DNA of 64,000 bases, taken from Nanobdellota archaeon. Its GTDB lineage: Archaea > Aenigmatarchaeota > Aenigmatarchaeia > QMZP01. Numbering within the stretch: the first letter of the stretch is position 1; every line of letters starts with the position of its first letter. Shown here piece after piece: positions 61,228 through 64,000 of the stretch. Below the pieces are notes generated by a model. It was not told the origin of the DNA and searched no databases. It saw nothing but the letters and a program-made list of their open reading frames with translations. The position numbers and the translations under genes are program-made. The stretch is from assembly GCA_018816245.1 (NCBI GenBank), contig JAHIVW010000002.1, forward strand, positions 18,314 to 82,313. Reading direction: 5' to 3'.

Positions 61228-64000
61228 AGCAGGTGCTTGAGTTTCTTGGGATCGGCTTTTCCTTGTCCGACCGTTGGTTTTCCCCCGCCGGCCCCGCCTG
61301 CTCGTTTGGCAAGCGTTTGCACGAGCTTCCCAGCATCTTGTGTTTTGCTCATGGCAACGAGTTCGCCTTGGTTGTTTGCGAGGACAATGGTCCAGTCAGG
61401 ATGGCGTTTCAACAAATCATCCGCAACCGTGATCAGCTCTTTCCGTGTCAGATCAAGAATTGTTCGGATCTGGTTATTTTTGGCAGCCTGTTCGAGTGTT
61501 TCAACAACTGACGAAGCACTCTTGGTTCGTTCCCGGACGGTTTGTTTTCGGGATTGTTTCCATAACTGGAATACCGTTTCAGCAAGCTGTGGTAGTGTCT
61601 TGACCTTTGTCAAGGCTGATGCATCGCCAGTAAGCTGTGACGCAAATTTCTCAAGTGTCTTGGGAATCATTTGCTGATCGCACGAAAGGATCGTGCTTGT
61701 TTCCCGGAGTTCCCGGAGTATATCAGCCTCCTGTAACGCGATCGGAACATCGAGATGCTTCGTGACCGTGGCAACTGCCTCTTTGTATTTCTGTTCTTGT
61801 TTGTGTACGAACTGCTCTGCAGCAGCCCCACAGGTGAACTCGATCCGGTTCACCCCATCTGCGATGCGTTCTGTTTTCATAATCACGAACCGGCCGATTT
61901 CACTCGTGTTCCGGAGGTGCGTTCCGCCGCACGCTTCCGTGTCAACGTCCCCGATATTCACAACACGGATCGTTTTCCCGGGAGACGCGCCACCTTGATA
62001 CAAGACGAACCCGTACCGCTGTTCTGCGGCACCGCGGTCGTGCTCGTGCATCCCCACCTGTTGCTTCCCTTTCACAATGTTGTTCACTCCATCTTCCAGC
62101 TTCTTGAGGTCCTGGGGTGTGAACGGCTGATAATGAGTTACATCAAGGCGAGAAGACGTGACTCCTTTCTTGGCACCTGCCTGCCAGATCTGCGGTCCCA
62201 GTAACTTCCTGGCAACGCCACCAAGGACGTGCGTTGCCGTATGCATTTGCATCAGCTGATACCGCCGATCCCAATCAATCGTTCCTGTGATTTTTCCTTT
62301 TGTTTTGGGAACAGGCACCACTTTGTGAAACACCACATTCTGTACCTTCTGCACATCGGTAACATGATGAGTTTTGCCCCTGAATTCAATCGTTCCGTGA
62401 TCAGCAGGCTGGCCGCCGCCTTCAGAATAGAACAATGTCCGGTCGAACGCAACCCATCCACGGTGCACGCTAACAATGGTTGCTGAAAAGGTTTTCGCAT
62501 ATGGTTGCTGGTAATACAATAATTTTGTTGATGCAGTTCCCGAAACATTGATCTTCAGTTCTGTTTCTAGTTCTTTTTTCCCTGTTTCGGTGTGCTCGGT
62601 GAGTTTGCTATAGAAATCATCCGGCACCGTGAACGGCACTCCTTCCTGCTTTGCAATGGTGTCCACAATTTCCGGGGTAATCCCGTTTGACACGTACATG
62701 GTAACGAGTTTCTTGGTGGTAAGCTTGCCTTTCTTTAGCTCGGTTTTCGCGAGCTTCATACCGCGATCCATGGTCTTTATGTAACGGTCAGTCTCAACTG
62801 AGATATTCTCATTGAAGATGGGGAGTGCACGCTTGAGTTCAGGGAACAGTGGTTTGAGAAAGGTTGCATGACGTGAGGCAACATCTTGTATCGTGAATGG
62901 GAATTCAAACTCCTTCATGAACGAAAGCGCCCGCCGCAAGATCACGCGAAGGTTGTAACCGCCCCCAATGTTACTAGGGATGCCGCCGTCAGCAATCGCG
63001 AACAGGAGGGACTTTGTATGGTCTGCAACCGCATACAACGCCTGCATTGGAGCGACCGTTCTCCTGAGTTCTGTTGGTGTGACAGCGAGCTGTTTCGCCA
63101 GCTGCTCACGAGCCCGCTGCATATTGCGACCATCTTCGACATCGAGTCCGCCGGCAAGAACAGCATAGCGATCAAAAAGAGCAGTGTCGTGCTGCCCGCT
63201 TTGTTGTTTCATCCAGGTGATGACCGGACCGAATACCGCGTCGTATCCCGTCGGTGTCCCTTGGGAAAACCAGACAAGACGTTCATGTCCCCAGCCGACA
63301 TCAATGACTTTTCTGGGAAGTTCGGTGTACCCCGTTCCTTTTGCCGTGAACTGCGAAAACACAGAATTGACAAGTTCAAGGCCGCGGGAAAAGGTTTCAA
63401 CCGACGGACCAAATTGTGAGAAGTCCGGCATGCTCCAGACATCTTCGACGTACGTCAGTTCTGTTTCCGGGATGCCGAGTGTTTTCGTGAGGAACTCGAA
63501 ATTCAATTCAATGCAGCGTTCCTTCCAGTAGTTCCCAAAGCTGTGCTGCCCACCCATAATAAAGCCTGTGTGATGGCGGCCGGTTACTCCCACATTCGGG
63601 ATGTCGTTGAATCGCAAACACACCTGCGGAACCACGAGCGGATCAGCGGGATACTCCATGACAACACGCCCATGTTCAATGCGCTGAAAGTCCTGGATGC
63701 TGGCGATCGTAAAATACAAATCAGGGCGCCAGCGGTCAATGACCGGATACCGATTCACGACCGCATGCTTGTGTTTCTTGAAGAATGTAGCGAATTCGTG
63801 CCACATGGCAAGGTAATCGAGGTTCTTCTTCGTGATGGGCTTCCCAAGAAATCCGTACGGATCACATGGAGGATCACCGCAGGTTGTTCGTTCAGCGGCA
63901 AGGGTCCAGAAATGCTTCCCGCAGGCGCACGTCTTCCGGACAAATCCCTTTGTTTTGAAAAGCGGAACTTCGTAATGGTGCTTCCAGTCCTTGGCAAACT
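61224..64000 (-). CDS. alaS: alanyl-tRNA synthetase (N-terminus outside window)
   Basis: ORF 61224..63806 stays open in the same frame to the window edge. The upstream codons read ...FKTKGFVRKTCACGKHFWTLAAERTTCGDPPCDPYGFLGKPI..., the archaeal AlaRS N-terminus. Editing-domain HxxxH (MHTATHVL) and CGGTH are present. Confidence 0.9.
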   Translation of the reverse strand, partial: FAKDWKHHYEVPLFKTKGFVRKTCACGKHFWTLAAERTTCGDPPCDPYGFLGKPITKKNLDYLAMWHEFATFFKKHKHAVVNRYPVIDRWRPDLYFTIASIQDFQRIEHGRVVMEYPADPLVVPQVCLRFNDIPNVGVTGRHHTGFIMGGQHSFGNYWKERCIELNFEFLTKTLGIPETELTYVEDVWSMPDFSQFGPSVETFSRGLELVNSVFSQFTAKGTGYTELPRKVIDVGWGHERLVWFSQGTPTGYDAVFGPVITWMKQQSGQHDTALFDRYAVLAGGLDVEDGRNMQRAREQLAKQLAVTPTELRRTVAPMQALYAVADHTKSLLFAIADGGIPSNIGGGYNLRVILRRALSFMKEFEFPFTIQDVASRHATFLKPLFPELKRALPIFNENISVETDRYIKTMDRGMKLAKTELKKGKLTTKKLVTMYVSNGITPEIVDTIAKQEGVPFTVPDDFYSKLTEHTETGKKELETELKINVSGTASTKLLYYQQPYAKTFSATIVSVHRGWVAFDRTLFYSEGGGQPADHGTIEFRGKTHHVTDVQKVQNVVFHKVVPVPKTKGKITGTIDWDRRYQLMQMHTATHVLGGVARKLLGPQIWQAGAKKGVTSSRLDVTHYQPFTPQDLKKLEDGVNNIVKGKQQVGMHEHDRGAAEQRYGFVLYQGGASPGKTIRVVNIGDVDTEACGGTHLRNTSEIGRFVIMKTERIADGVNRIEFTCGAAAEQFVHKQEQKYKEAVATVTKHLDVPIALQEADILRELRETSTILSCDQQMIPKTLEKFASQLTGDASALTKVKTLPQLAETVFQLWKQSRKQTVRERTKSASSVVETLEQAAKNNQIRTILDLTRKELITVADDLLKRHPDWTIVLANNQGELVAMSKTQDAGKLVQTLAKRAGGAGGGKPTVGQGKADPKKLKHLL

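Noticed and set aside
63755-63997. 80-aa minus-strand ORF near the window end
   Set aside because: It is out of frame with AlaRS. The AlaRS frame stays open to the window edge and encodes the conserved N-terminal Zn/Cys region.

Overview
Compact archaeal chromosomal segment. Archaeal hallmarks: eL19, Rpo6/RpoK, the SecE-Spt5-uL11 ... uL1-uL10-P1 cluster, RFC small subunit, archaeal-type PheRS/GlyRS/AlaRS, CDP-archaeol synthase, an HMG-CoA synthase/thiolase/DUF35 operon and an intron-containing tRNA. I call about 75 CDS and 9 tRNAs (none with an encoded CCA). I see no rRNA, CRISPR array, transposase or integrase. GC looks mid-range (~50%, by eye only). Many genes carry a TATA-like box 25-30 nt upstream of the ATG, so they look leaderless. 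Two CDSs start 1-2 nt after a tRNA 3' end. Four accessory regions interrupt the housekeeping backbone. (i) 48.5-60.7 kb is a 12-kb single-strand block. It holds a tandemly duplicated two-gene module, a ~700-aa protein with a type-IV-pilin-like (class III) signal fused by overlapping stop/start to a 1,000-1,260-aa Cys-rich membrane-anchored giant. A membrane-anchored CxxC thioredoxin-like gene lies divergently next to it. This is my best candidate for an undescribed system. (ii) 22.7-28.7 kb holds a 2.7-kb two-gene secreted-protein cassette bracketed by identical 14-nt repeats, next to a 1,089-aa Cys-rich exoprotein. (iii) 44.65-46.57 kb is a 1.9-kb insertion splitting uL11 from uL1. It carries a PIN toxin-antitoxin pair, a truncated T4-endoV-like gene and a tiny Cys-rich protein. 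(iv) 7.05-8.52 kb is an unassigned region plus two wHTH-like ORFans. A 15-bp palindrome, TAT[AC]ACA-N-TGT[TG]ATA, recurs five times, mostly at accessory-region edges or just upstream of TATA boxes. Lineage cannot be assigned from this window; a small-genome, surface-attached (DPANN-like) archaeon is only a guess. All family assignments come from motif recognition by eye, not from searches.
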